Source of the DNA: Anaerolineales bacterium UBA5797
GTDB lineage: Bacteria > Chloroflexota > Anaerolineae > Anaerolineales > Villigracilaceae
DNA length: 64,000 bases
Direction of reading: 5' to 3'
Assembly: GCA_002418205.1 (NCBI GenBank)
Contig: DIDP01000008.1
Span: 129,123 to 193,122 of the forward strand
Position numbers and translations under genes: made by a program. The first letter of the stretch is position 1. Each line of letters starts with the position of its first letter. The notes below the pieces were generated by a model that had not been told where the DNA came from, made no database searches, and saw nothing but the letters and a program-made list of their open reading frames with translations. Of the stretch, positions 45,284 to 55,800 are shown in pieces.

Positions 45284-46621
45284 ATGAAATACCACATCTG
45301 GACCGAAGGATGCCAGATGAACGTGGCCGACTCACAACGCGTCGGCTCGTCTCTTGAGCATCTGGGATACACCTTTACCGATAAAGCCGAAGAAGCAGAC
45401 GTTATTGTTTTGAACACCTGCGTCGTGCGTCAATCTGCGGAGGACAAGGCGCTCGGACGCCTTTCCAGCCTGCTTCCGTTAAAACGACAGAATCCCAACC
45501 TTGTCATCAACCTGATGGGATGCCTCGTCGGCGTGCGTGGTGCGGAAAAACTGCGAGAAAAACTCCCCTACGTGGACGTCTTCTCGCCGCCCTCCGACCC
45601 GGGACCGCTGGTCTCGTTCCTCACGCAGGGCGAGATCCGTTCGCTGGAGGATACCGAAACGACGCGCCGCTTCCTCATGATGGACGACGAACTCATCCTG
45701 CCGCAGCACGAACGTGGACAACTGGTCAGCGCACACGTGCCGATCGTGTATGGCTGTTCGCACGCCTGCACCTTCTGCATCATCCCGTTCCGACGCGGCA
45801 TCGAACGCAGCCGCCCGGTGGTCGATATCGTCTCCGAGATCCGTTCGCTTGCCGTTCAGGGTGTCAAAGAGATCACTCTGCTCGGTCAGATCGTGGATCG
45901 CTACGGCAAGGATATCCCCGATGGCCCCAATCTTGCAGGTCTGCTGCGTGTGGTGCATGAAGTGGAAGGCATTGAACGTATTCGTTTCTTAACCTCACAC
46001 CCGAATTATTTTGGCGAAGATTTGATGGAAGCCGTTGCAGAGCTTCCCAAAGTGATGCCGCATATCGAAGTTCCCATTCAGGCGGGGGACGATGGGGTGT
46101 TGGCGAACATGAAGCGCGGCTATACCCAAATGGAATACCGCGACCTCGTGGACCTCATCCGCAAGAAAATCCCCGACTGCTCCATCGCAACGGATATCAT
46201 CGTGGGCTTCCCCGGCGAAACCGAGGAACAGTTCATGGAAACTTACCGCGTCCTCGCGGACCTGAAACTGGACGTCGCGCATTTGGCCCGTTACTCCTCC
46301 CGCGAAGGGACCGTCGCCACGCGCCGCATGGAAGACAACGTGACCGACGAGGAAAAAATGCGCCGCTTCCGCATGTTGGAAGAGTTGCAGGAAGGGATCG
46401 TCGGCGAGATCAACAAGAAGTATCTCGGTCAAACCGTGGATGTGTTGTTCGAGGAAAAGGTCAAGAACCGTTGGAAGGGACGCACCCCCACGAACAAACT
46501 GGTCTTCGTCGAATCGGACGAAGACCTGAAAGGCAGACTCCTGCCGGTCACCGTCACGTGGACGGGACCGTGGTCCATGCAGGCCAATCTGCAAAAACAG
46601 CCTGATTTGATTCGTGTGTAG
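45284..46621 (+). CDS. miaB: tRNA-i6A37 methylthiotransferase
   Basis: 445-aa ORF. N-terminal UPF0004 cysteines (TEGCQMN, LNTCVVR, GCLVG), radical SAM CSHACTFC and a C-terminal TRAM domain. Confidence 0.9.
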   Translation: MKYHIWTEGCQMNVADSQRVGSSLEHLGYTFTDKAEEADVIVLNTCVVRQSAEDKALGRLSSLLPLKRQNPNLVINLMGCLVGVRGAEKLREKLPYVDVFSPPSDPGPLVSFLTQGEIRSLEDTETTRRFLMMDDELILPQHERGQLVSAHVPIVYGCSHACTFCIIPFRRGIERSRPVVDIVSEIRSLAVQGVKEITLLGQIVDRYGKDIPDGPNLAGLLRVVHEVEGIERIRFLTSHPNYFGEDLMEAVAELPKVMPHIEVPIQAGDDGVLANMKRGYTQMEYRDLVDLIRKKIPDCSIATDIIVGFPGETEEQFMETYRVLADLKLDVAHLARYSSREGTVATRRMEDNVTDEEKMRRFRMLEELQEGIVGEINKKYLGQTVDVLFEEKVKNRWKGRTPTNKLVFVESDEDLKGRLLPVTVTWTGPWSMQANLQKQPDLIRV

Positions 46622-46651
46622 AGCGAGAGACCATCTCGCTCTACTTTTTTT
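46618..46651 (+). terminator. Rho-independent terminator of miaB
   Basis: 11-bp perfect stem GTAGAGCGAGA / TCTCGCTCTAC, loop GACCA, then T7. The TAG stop codon (46619..46621) lies in the 5' arm. Confidence 0.9.
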
Positions 46652-46717
46652 GGGGAATGAGAAGCGCTCAATCGACTGAAGATGGTTTCCAACCTCAATG
46701 ATTTATCGCTTCGCGGG

Positions 46718-48316
46718 TTATTTTTTTACAGGGAACCAGCGTTGGATGTCACGCCTGTTCAGAAAGAAGAAGAACGCCATTGCGGTGATCCCAAGGAAGT
46801 AGATCAAAAATGGCAGGAAGGACGCGACGCTGGTCTGTAAATTGTTGCCGGCGGCTTGCAGTTCCGAATCCGCATCCAGTGAGAGGCTGAATTGCCATAA
46901 GGTCAATATTCCAATTCCGAAAAATCCGGCTACCACCCATTTGAACGAGGAAAACCATCCAGTGCGTCGTGTGATTCCACGGAGCATCAGGTAGAGCAGG
47001 ACAAGGAAGACGATCCCATGGAAGATCAACCCGAAGAACACATTCCCGAACATGTTGTCGGACAGACTCAATAAGGCATCCAGGGACGTTTCGAAATATT
47101 TGTAGGAACTCCCGATGGTGAATGCACCCAGGAAGATCAGGAAGTAATACATGGTGGTGATGATCGGGGAATAAACCGTCTGGGAACTGACGGGTCGCAT
47201 GCCCAGCGCCTTGAGTAATTTGGATGGTTCCGGCAGTAACTTTGCAATCACATCCAGTTTCCGGACGCCCGGGCGGAAATCGATCCATTGAAGTTTTGAC
47301 AGCTTCTCCGCCAGGTTGGGGTTGGTCTGGATAAGGACGGGATAAACGACTTGTTTTTCGGGGTCAGCCTCAGTGTCCGATTTGAAGCGGGAGATCAGGA
47401 CAAATACCGCTTTTGCGCTGTGGATGTCCTGTGTGAGGATATGTCTGTGTGCTTTGAGAGCGGCGATCAAATCCTCAGCGGCGTGCCGGTCCTGGATAGC
47501 ATAATCCACGAAAAAGGAGACGGGCGCAGGTGCAAGATCATCCGGTTTGTATGGGTTTGCGAATTTTCTCATGTTCGCCTCCGGTTTGCCCCATCGCTGT
47601 AAAGCCGGGGAGCGGAGGACGAAGAAAAGTAGAAGCCCCGCAATGACGGAGATAAATATGTAGACGATCAACCTGTCGAGGTTGTTCGTTTCTGATTCGG
47701 TGATCACCGCTTCGAAGAACAATGAAAACGGAAGCATGAGCAGGGCGGCCTGCACCTGGGCAAAATTGAAGCTTCGTTTAAAAATGCGGTATGGGAGAGG
47801 AATGAGAATCCATGGCAGGAATAATGTCCATAATAACGGCAGGGTGCAGATGGCTGTGACAACGCTGACTGCAATGGTGAACCAGACGATCAGCGGCGCC
47901 TTGAACCCGGTCTCAGGGACGGGATGCTCCTCCCGAATGGGTTGTTTGAGTTGGGAAAATAGTTCCTGCAACCCAGCCTTGTAACTGCCACGGAAATCCA
48001 CCCATTCGTATTTTTCCAACTCCTTTGGCAGATCTACAGCCTCGAAGATCAGGAGGATGACGCGCTTGTTTGTTTCGAGGAAGTGTTGCCATTCCAATGT
48101 TACGTATTTTGAAGCCAGGGAAGCCTTCGACACGACCAGAAGAACCGTATCCGAGTTGTTCAACCCCTTGTCGATCTGCTCCTTCCAAGGAGTACCCGGA
48201 ACGAGGACGCGATAATCGAGCCAGACGTTGTACCCTTCGCCCTCAAGTTTGCCGACGAGGTCGTCCACGAAGCCCAATTCGCGGCGGGAATAGCTCATAA
48301 AGATGTTTTGGGTCAT
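46718..48316 (-). CDS. Membrane protein with two tandem TIR-domain plus transmembrane-block modules
   Basis: 532-aa ORF with AGGAG RBS. The N-terminal TIR_2-like pattern IFMSYSRRE..FV..L...L...GY.VWLD......G..W...I.....SD.VLLVVS..SL.S.YV..EW includes a conserved Glu (aa 75). A second, degenerate TIR-like region follows (aa about 272-375). Each is followed by about 4 hydrophobic helices. Confidence 0.8.
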   Translation of the reverse strand: MTQNIFMSYSRRELGFVDDLVGKLEGEGYNVWLDYRVLVPGTPWKEQIDKGLNNSDTVLLVVSKASLASKYVTLEWQHFLETNKRVILLIFEAVDLPKELEKYEWVDFRGSYKAGLQELFSQLKQPIREEHPVPETGFKAPLIVWFTIAVSVVTAICTLPLLWTLFLPWILIPLPYRIFKRSFNFAQVQAALLMLPFSLFFEAVITESETNNLDRLIVYIFISVIAGLLLFFVLRSPALQRWGKPEANMRKFANPYKPDDLAPAPVSFFVDYAIQDRHAAEDLIAALKAHRHILTQDIHSAKAVFVLISRFKSDTEADPEKQVVYPVLIQTNPNLAEKLSKLQWIDFRPGVRKLDVIAKLLPEPSKLLKALGMRPVSSQTVYSPIITTMYYFLIFLGAFTIGSSYKYFETSLDALLSLSDNMFGNVFFGLIFHGIVFLVLLYLMLRGITRRTGWFSSFKWVVAGFFGIGILTLWQFSLSLDADSELQAAGNNLQTSVASFLPFLIYFLGITAMAFFFFLNRRDIQRWFPVKK

Positions 48317-48433
48317 GGTCTGCTCCTAATTTGGCAATTGGCAAACATAAACAACGAACAATGAAACCCGCCGGAGTGGGTTTCGTTTCGGTCTTGGCTG
48401 ATTTTGGCAGGGTACCAAGTGTCCGATATCAGG

Positions 48434-48943
48434 CTAGAACACAAAGTATCTTGCGGTTGCCATGAAGATCATGGCGAGGATCATGCTATATACATGAAAG
48501 GGGGAGACAGTTTTTATCCTCTTTTGGATGGCCTGGATTTGAGAGAGTTGCTCGCCGGTCGGTTTCCCCTGAATTTGTGAACTTACCATGGCAAGTTTGG
48601 CATTACTGGCTCCAAAGATGGCGCCAAATACAAATGCGATAAGACCGAATGTGGCGCCAATCGTAAACCCGATGCCCGTATTCGACTTTATCCAGGCGGA
48701 GGTAAATCCGTCAGAGTCATGCCAGTAGAGCAGGGCACCTGCAAGGATCGTGGAGAGTGCCATGGCTGTCATGAATTTATGCATGCGCAGGCGGACCAAC
48801 AGGTATTGCGCGAACTCTTTTCCCGATTCACCGGTGGCGGCGATGGAGCGACCGATAAAGAACTCCATAATCAAGGCGCCGCCTCCCCAAATGATCCCTG
48901 TGACGATGTGAACCAGCCGCAGGACGAGCAGATAAACGCTCAT
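48434..48943 (-). CDS. Four-helix membrane protein, function unknown
   Basis: Start re-picked at MSVYLLVLRLVH, with GAAGGAG upstream; the track start is 48961. Four hydrophobic helices. Confidence 0.6.
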   Translation of the reverse strand: MSVYLLVLRLVHIVTGIIWGGGALIMEFFIGRSIAATGESGKEFAQYLLVRLRMHKFMTAMALSTILAGALLYWHDSDGFTSAWIKSNTGIGFTIGATFGLIAFVFGAIFGASNAKLAMVSSQIQGKPTGEQLSQIQAIQKRIKTVSPFHVYSMILAMIFMATARYFVF

Positions 48944-48977
48944 TTCATACTCCTTCATCACCGATAATTTTGACTAC

Positions 48978-49009
48978 AAAAAAACGAAACCCGCATAAAC
49001 GGGTTTCGT
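48978..49009 (-). terminator. Rho-independent terminator of acnA
   Basis: 10-bp stem ACGAAACCCG (48984..48993) / CGGGTTTCGT (49000..49009). The minus-strand transcript continues with U7. Confidence 0.85.
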
Positions 49010-49039
49010 TTCGACCAAATTGGAGAAATCCGAGGCAAA

Positions 49040-51733
49040 CTACTTGACCAAATTCCTCAACACCGTATGGAGGATGCCTCCATTGCGATAGTAGTTCACT
49101 TCCACCTCGGTGTTCAGCAGGGCGGTGACCTTGAACTCGAACGAAGAGCCGTCAGCTCTTGTGGCTTTCACATTTAGAACCGGCTTGGGTGACATCTCAT
49201 CGGTCAGTCCCGTGATGTCATAGACTTCGTCGCCTTTTAAGCCAAGCGTCTCGGCATTCTGGCCGTCCATGAAGGTCAATGGCAGGATGCCCATGCCCAC
49301 CAGATTCGAGCGGTGGATGCGCTCGAACGATTCGGCAATGACGGCTTTCACACCCTGCAGGTTGGGTCCCTTTGCCGCCCAGTCGCGGCTGGAGCCGGTG
49401 CCGTATTCCTTGCCCGCGATAACAATGCACGGCATGCCCTCCTCTTTGTATTTCATCGCCGCATCATAGATGCTCATTTCTGCTCCATCAGGGAAGTGTT
49501 GGGTCAGGTTCCCCTCCTTCGGTTCGACGAGCAAATTCTTCAGGCGGATGTTCGCGAACGTACCACGCGCCATTACCAGGTCATTGCCGCGGCGCGAACC
49601 GTATGAATTGAAGTCCCTGGGCTGGACGCCGCGTTCCTGCAGATATCTTCCTGCCGGGCTGTCGGCTGCAATGTTGCCTGCCGGTGAAATATGGTCGGTC
49701 GTGATCGAGTCGCGGAACATCCCCAGCACGCGCGCACCTTTGATATTGCCGACAGAAGGCAGGTCGAGATTCAACGTTTGGAAGTAGGGTGGGTGATGGA
49801 TATAGGTTGAAGCCTCATCCCATTCGTAAATGTCGCCGCCAGAGACCTTGATCTCCTTCCACATGTCCGAACCTTCGAACACGCTGGCATAGCGATCCTC
49901 AAACATCTTCACATCCAGGCTGGAGGCGATGGTTTCGGCGATCTCCTTTTGTGTGGGCCAGATGTCCCTGAGATAAACGGGACCCTCCGTCCCTTCGCCG
50001 AGCGGTTCCTTGTCGAGATCAATATCGACGGTTCCAGCCAGAGCGTAGGCAACGACCAGTGGAGGCGAGGCGAGGAAGTTCGCCTTGACCAGGGGATGGA
50101 CGCGCCCCTCGAAGTTGCGATTCCCTGAAAGGACTGCCGCGGCGACGAGATCGCTTCCCGTCACAGCCTTCGCAACTTCTCCCGGAAGTGGACCTGAGTT
50201 GCCGATACAGGTGGTGCAGCCATAGCCGACAATGTTAAAGCCGAGCTGCGCCAGCGGGTCGATCAGGTTTGCCTGTTTGAGATATTCGGTGACCACGCGT
50301 GAACCGGGCGCGAGGCTCGTCTTCACATACGGCTTGACGTTCAGCCCTTTTTCGAGCGCCTTCTTCGCAAGCAGACCCGCGCCGACCATCACCGTGGGAT
50401 TTGAAGTGTTGGTGCAGGAGGTGATCGCGGCGATGACGACCGCGCCGTGCTTCATCTTCATCGAGCCGCCGTTCGTCCCGAACGTGGCTTCGGTGTTCAA
50501 GGCTTCGGGTTTGAGTTCAAAGCCGCGTTCTTTGACAGGTGCAACGAGCGTCCTCTGGAATGTCTCTTTGAGTTCAGACATTGGCACGCGGTCCTGCGGA
50601 CGCTTGGGTCCGGCTAATGAGGGCACAACAGACCCAAGGTCCAGTTCGAGCGTATCGGTGAAGTCAGGATCAGGCGTGGAGGAGTCGCGGAAGAGTCCCT
50701 GGGTTTTCATGTAGGCTTCGGTGCGCTCGATGACTTCCTTTGAACGTCCCGTGAGTTTCATGTAGCGCAGCGTCTCCGCATCCACAGGGAAGTAGCCCAT
50801 CGTCGCGCCATATTCGGGAGCCATGTTGGCAATGGTGGCGCGGTCGGTAAGGGACATGCTGTCGAGACCTTCGCCATAAAACTCGACGAATTTATCTACC
50901 ACGCCTTTCTTGCGCAGCATCTGCGTGACGGTGAGCACGAGGTCCGTCGCAGTGACGCCATCGCGCAGTTTGCCATGGATCTTGAAGCCGATCACATCGG
51001 GCAGGAGCATGTCCATGGGCTGACCGAGCATGACCGCCTCGGCTTCGATGCCGCCCACGCCCCAGCCAGCCACCCCGAGACCGTTGATCATGGTGGTATG
51101 TGAGTCAGTGCCAACGAGCGTATCAGGGAAGGCAAGGGTCTCCGTGCCTTCGAGTTTTGCCATGACCACACTGGCAAGGTATTCCAGGTTGACCTGATGG
51201 ACGATGCCCGTCATCGGCGGGACGACCCGGAAATTGGTAAAGGCGCTTTGTCCCCATTTGAGGAATTCGTAGCGTTCACGGTTGCGCTGGAACTCAACCT
51301 CGGTATTGCGTGCCAGCGCGTCGGCTGTGGCGAAGAAATCCACCTGGATGGAATGGTCGATGACCAGGTCCACAGGCACAAGCGGATTGATCTTCTTCGG
51401 GTCGCCGCCGAGACGTGCCACTGCGGAGCGCATCGCGGCGAGGTCGACGACCGCGGGCACACCGGTGAAATCCTGCATCACCACGCGCGCCGGCAGGAAG
51501 GGGATGCCGGGGCGTGTGCCTTTGGCGGTCCAGGCGGCGATATTCTTTACGTCTGCCTGGGTGATTTCCTTGTCGTTGCATTGACGGAGTGCCGCCTCGA
51601 GCACGATGCGGATCGAAAACGGAAGCCGCTTGAGGTCCGTGAGACCCGCTTTTTCCAGGGCATCGAGGCGGTAGATGACGTACTCTTTATCCCCAACTTT
51701 CAAAGTGTTGCGTGCTTTAAAGAAATCGTTCAT
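49040..51733 (-). CDS. acnA: Aconitate hydratase A
   Basis: About 897 aa. Fe-S ligand motifs [11 protein letters not shown] and [12 protein letters not shown]. Start at [11 protein letters not shown], with AAGGAG upstream; the track start is 51760. Confidence 0.95.
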   Translation of the reverse strand: MNDFFKARNTLKVGDKEYVIYRLDALEKAGLTDLKRLPFSIRIVLEAALRQCNDKEITQADVKNIAAWTAKGTRPGIPFLPARVVMQDFTGVPAVVDLAAMRSAVARLGGDPKKINPLVPVDLVIDHSIQVDFFATADALARNTEVEFQRNRERYEFLKWGQSAFTNFRVVPPMTGIVHQVNLEYLASVVMAKLEGTETLAFPDTLVGTDSHTTMINGLGVAGWGVGGIEAEAVMLGQPMDMLLPDVIGFKIHGKLRDGVTATDLVLTVTQMLRKKGVVDKFVEFYGEGLDSMSLTDRATIANMAPEYGATMGYFPVDAETLRYMKLTGRSKEVIERTEAYMKTQGLFRDSSTPDPDFTDTLELDLGSVVPSLAGPKRPQDRVPMSELKETFQRTLVAPVKERGFELKPEALNTEATFGTNGGSMKMKHGAVVIAAITSCTNTSNPTVMVGAGLLAKKALEKGLNVKPYVKTSLAPGSRVVTEYLKQANLIDPLAQLGFNIVGYGCTTCIGNSGPLPGEVAKAVTGSDLVAAAVLSGNRNFEGRVHPLVKANFLASPPLVVAYALAGTVDIDLDKEPLGEGTEGPVYLRDIWPTQKEIAETIASSLDVKMFEDRYASVFEGSDMWKEIKVSGGDIYEWDEASTYIHHPPYFQTLNLDLPSVGNIKGARVLGMFRDSITTDHISPAGNIAADSPAGRYLQERGVQPRDFNSYGSRRGNDLVMARGTFANIRLKNLLVEPKEGNLTQHFPDGAEMSIYDAAMKYKEEGMPCIVIAGKEYGTGSSRDWAAKGPNLQGVKAVIAESFERIHRSNLVGMGILPLTFMDGQNAETLGLKGDEVYDITGLTDEMSPKPVLNVKATRADGSSFEFKVTALLNTEVEVNYYRNGGILHTVLRNLVK

Positions 51734-51843
51734 AGGATACTCCTTTGGTGATTTGCCCACACCAATGAGGTGGGGGATTTGTCACCACAGCCGTGCGAAA
51801 GACATAAAGGAGCGCCTTTTCTATCCTTGCTGTGTGGTGCGGT

Positions 51844-52884
51844 TTACATTTTCAGGTCTGTCTTGAGGAGTTGGATCAACTTATTCTTTTCGTCCTCAGG
51901 CAGAAAGCCGGCTTGTGCCGCGGCGACGATTCTCTCTTTCAAGGTAAATTGCGGCATTTGCAGATCTTCGCAGGCGGTATAGTATTCGTGACTCAGTGTG
52001 ATGCGGGAGATGCTCGGGTCATCTGTGTTGATGGTCACGTTCAGGCCGTTCTCGAACATCTTCATCAACGGATGGGTATCGAGCGATTCGACCACGCCCG
52101 ATTGATAGTTGCTGGTGATGCAGACTTCAAAAGCCGTGCCGCGTTCCCGGGCGAGCGCGATGATCTTATCGTCTTCCAGCACGCGCACGCCATGACCGAT
52201 CCGTTCCGTGCCGAGTTGTTCGATGGCTTCCCGGATATGTTCCGCCGGTCCCCACTCACCTGCATGGATGGTCACGTGCAGACCTGCCTGCCGGGCTTCC
52301 TTGAATATGCCGAAGAACGGCTCGGTTGGAAATTCCGCTTCGTTGCCAGCCAGATCGAGCGCGACCAGCCCGTCCTTGACATGCTCTGCCGCCAGCCAGG
52401 CAACCTGCTCTGCAAGTTCGGTGCTCTCGTGCCTGTTGACCGAGGCGATCAATTTCACGTTGATGTTATATTTGCCGGCGGTCTCCCGGGCGCTGGTAAT
52501 GACCCAGTCGATCACATCGTGCAACGGGAAGCGTTCCGCCCGGCTCAAAGCCACAGGCGTGAAGCGCAGTTCCAGATATTTCACATTGTCCTTGACCGCG
52601 TCCTCGATGGCTTCGCGCGTGATGCGATGGATCACATCGGGGGAACGATAGAACAATCTTAACGTATTGAATTTTGAAAGGAAATTCTGGAAGGTGAATT
52701 TATCCTCTTCCTGGATCTGGACCAGCGTACTCAGCCTCAACACGTCCGCGGGAATGGTGATGCCGTGTTGCTTCGCAACCTCGACCATCGTATCCAGCCG
52801 CAACGAACCCTCCAAATGGCGGTGCAATTCCACCTTTGGGAGCGCACGGTACGTGTTGAGGGAAGCTGTGACTCGTTCCTTCAT
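51844..52884 (-). CDS. add: Adenosine deaminase
   Basis: 346-aa ORF. VELHRHLEGS, HAGE (TIHAGEW) and TINTDDP metal/catalytic motifs. Confidence 0.9.
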   Translation of the reverse strand: MKERVTASLNTYRALPKVELHRHLEGSLRLDTMVEVAKQHGITIPADVLRLSTLVQIQEEDKFTFQNFLSKFNTLRLFYRSPDVIHRITREAIEDAVKDNVKYLELRFTPVALSRAERFPLHDVIDWVITSARETAGKYNINVKLIASVNRHESTELAEQVAWLAAEHVKDGLVALDLAGNEAEFPTEPFFGIFKEARQAGLHVTIHAGEWGPAEHIREAIEQLGTERIGHGVRVLEDDKIIALARERGTAFEVCITSNYQSGVVESLDTHPLMKMFENGLNVTINTDDPSISRITLSHEYYTACEDLQMPQFTLKERIVAAAQAGFLPEDEKNKLIQLLKTDLKM

Positions 52885-52896
52885 ACATCTAAAATA

Positions 52897-55800
52897 TCAG
52901 TTTCGTCTTCGCCTTTTTTTTCTGCCACTGCCTGCCGGTTGGGTGTTGGGTTGTATTTGAGGTTGTTGAGGCTGGTCTGTGGTCTCGACTGGATTGATCT
53001 CGATCGGTCTCCGTTGAGCAATGAATGCACGACTGACGACAAGTCCGCGAATATCTTCCACCAACTGCGCGAACATCTCGGACGCTTTCGTCTTATATTG
53101 TACCAGTGGGTCGCGTTGTGCGTAAGCCTCCAAACCGATGGAAACCCTCAAGGCTTCGATGCGGGTCAGGTAATCCACCCACAGTTCGGACGTGGCGCTC
53201 AGCAACAACTGCCTGCGGATTTCGTTCAGGACATATCTGCCAATGGCTTCGACCAACGCCTCCCGGTCGGACTCACCGAGGCCTGCCGCCGTTTCATTGA
53301 GTCTTTCCTCCCCGAAAGCCTTCTTCGCCGCCTCGCCAAAATCTGCGAGCCGTGTGGCATTCGCGGAAAGGCGGTTGTATTCGCTCTGTCCCATCGCGAA
53401 GACCAGCGCTTCCTCCGCCTCTTCGAGGTGTGCCAGCACATCTTCGGTCAATTGCTCGGCTGTGATGCCTTCCAGCAACTGCGCGATCAGGAAGATGTAC
53501 GTGAAGCGGTTGAAGACCTGCCTTACCTGCCGATGGGTCCTCTGGTCGAAGACGGTCCGTGCGCCCTGTGAGATCGTAATGAGCAGTTTCAGGATGTTCG
53601 TGTCGGTAGGTTCCGAAGGCATCAGGTTTTCAAGGTCGCGCCCGATCTGACCCTTCTCACCGACCAGACGTTCGCGGCGGCGTTCGAGGGCGTTGTCCGC
53701 GGCTTCCTGGATCATATCCGCCGCGTCGTCCCAATCCTTGACTTCGAACTTTTCCCCGAGTGATTCGCCGACGCGGTTCGCCACTGAAGCGATCAACCGT
53801 GAGGCGTAGATACCGGTCAGCTGCGCGGAAACGAAATTCCGGATGAGGTCCCTGGCTTCGTCGATATCTTCATCGAACTTCCGCAGTTGTTCGCCGTTGA
53901 GCCTGATCTGCATGCCGGTGAGGGCATTGATCTCCTCCAGTATCTTTTGCGGGCGCGGCGTCTCTTCCATGTCGCGCAAGCCATCGAAGTACGCGTCGAG
54001 CGCGTCCGTGCGGGATTCGACCTGCGCTTCGTATGCCTCTTCGGTGCGATCGATCATTTCCTCGATCGCGCGGGAATGATGAGCGTTCTCCGCTTCGATG
54101 GCGCGGGTGATGAGTTCATGGGCAGCCTGTTGAAAATCGTCGGCGTTGGACAATTCTTTTAGCAGCAGAGACAAGCCGAAGCTTGGGAAGAGCCGCTCCC
54201 CGGACATGAACGGCGGCTGGACCTGTTCGAGCCAGGCGATGAATTTCCACGGTCCCTCTTCGTCTGCCAGTCCGGTCTCCACGCGTTGTTTGATCTCGAG
54301 GTCCAGCATCTCCTGAATGTCGTCGCTCAGATCCTCCTTCGAGAAGATGCGGTCGCGTTGACCGTAGATCTGGCCGCGTTGTTTGTTGAGCACATCATCG
54401 TATTCGAGCAGATGCTTGCGGACGTCGAAGTTCGCGCCCTCCACACGGTGCTGTGAATTCTCGATGATGTTGCCAACCATGCGCACCTCCAGCGGAAGCG
54501 AATCGTCCACCTTGAGGCTTTGCATGAGGTTGCTGACGCGGTCGCCTCCGAACAGGCGCATGAGATCATCTTCGAGGGAAAGGTAGAAACGCGATGAGCC
54601 GGGGTCGCCCTGACGCGCGGCACGACCGCGCAGCTGGTTGTCGATGCGGCGGGCTTCATGGCGCTCGGAGCCAATGACGTGCAGACCGCCCAGTTCCTTG
54701 ACGCGTTCCATGTCCTCAAAGTATTGCAGGAAAAGTTTGACCTCCGCCGCGTAGATGCCATGGTTCGCGGGATCGGCGTTCTTCAACGCGACGCGGCGTT
54801 CTTCGTGGGTCATATCGAAGGGATTTTCATATCCCGATTTGCCGAGCACGCGGTTGACCGCCGCGATGACCTCCTCGGCGAGTTCGCCGCCGAGCTTGAT
54901 GTCCACGCCGCGGCCCGCCATGTTGGTGGCGATGGTCACCGCGCCGAACGCGCCGGCATCCGCGATGATCTGTGATTCCTCGGTATGTTTACGGGCGTTG
55001 AGCACCTGATGAGGCACGCCGCCCTGCAACACCTTCTTGAGCCGCTCCACATGACTTTCATCGAGCCGCAGGATTTCAAGCACGATCGGGAGGTTGGATG
55101 GGTCTTCAAGACCGATGGTGGTAACACCGAACGGCTGGATGAACTTGCGGAGTGTATCGGGTGAGACCCTGTCGAGCGGTTCGTTGAACTGCGCCAGTTC
55201 CGGGATCACGCGCCCGTCCTCTTCGCGGTTGTTCTCGCGCATCCAAATGTGTCGGACGAGGGTGATCTGAAGCAAGCGGCGGACAGGTTCCGCCTTGAGT
55301 CGCTGCGAAAGGACCTCGGAGGATTCCACGGAAGTTGTGCCGACCAACAGAGGCCGCCCGCGTACATGTTCGCGCACGATCTCCATCACCATCGAGCGCA
55401 GTTTGGCTTCCACGGTGCGGAAGATGACATCCGGGTAATCCTGGCGGCGATAGAAAAGCGGGTTCTGTTCGGGATCGTCGCGCTTTGCGAAATAGGAGTA
55501 GGCATAGCCTTCGTCATCCTTGGTCTTGATCTCGGTGAGCGGCGCATCCTTGCCGAACGCCTGATACTCAAGGTTGGGCGGAATTGGCGCAACTTCGAGT
55601 TTATAGATCTTGTCGAACTCCTCCGCTTCGGTGAGGGCGGTGCCGGTCATGCCCGAAAGCTTTTGGTACATGCGGAAGTAGTTTTGCAATGTGATGGTCG
55701 CGTAGGTGACGTTTTCCGGCTCGATCTTGACGCCTTCCTTGGCTTCCACCGCCTGATGCAGACCATCGCTCCATCTTCGTCCCGGCATGAGACGCCCGGT

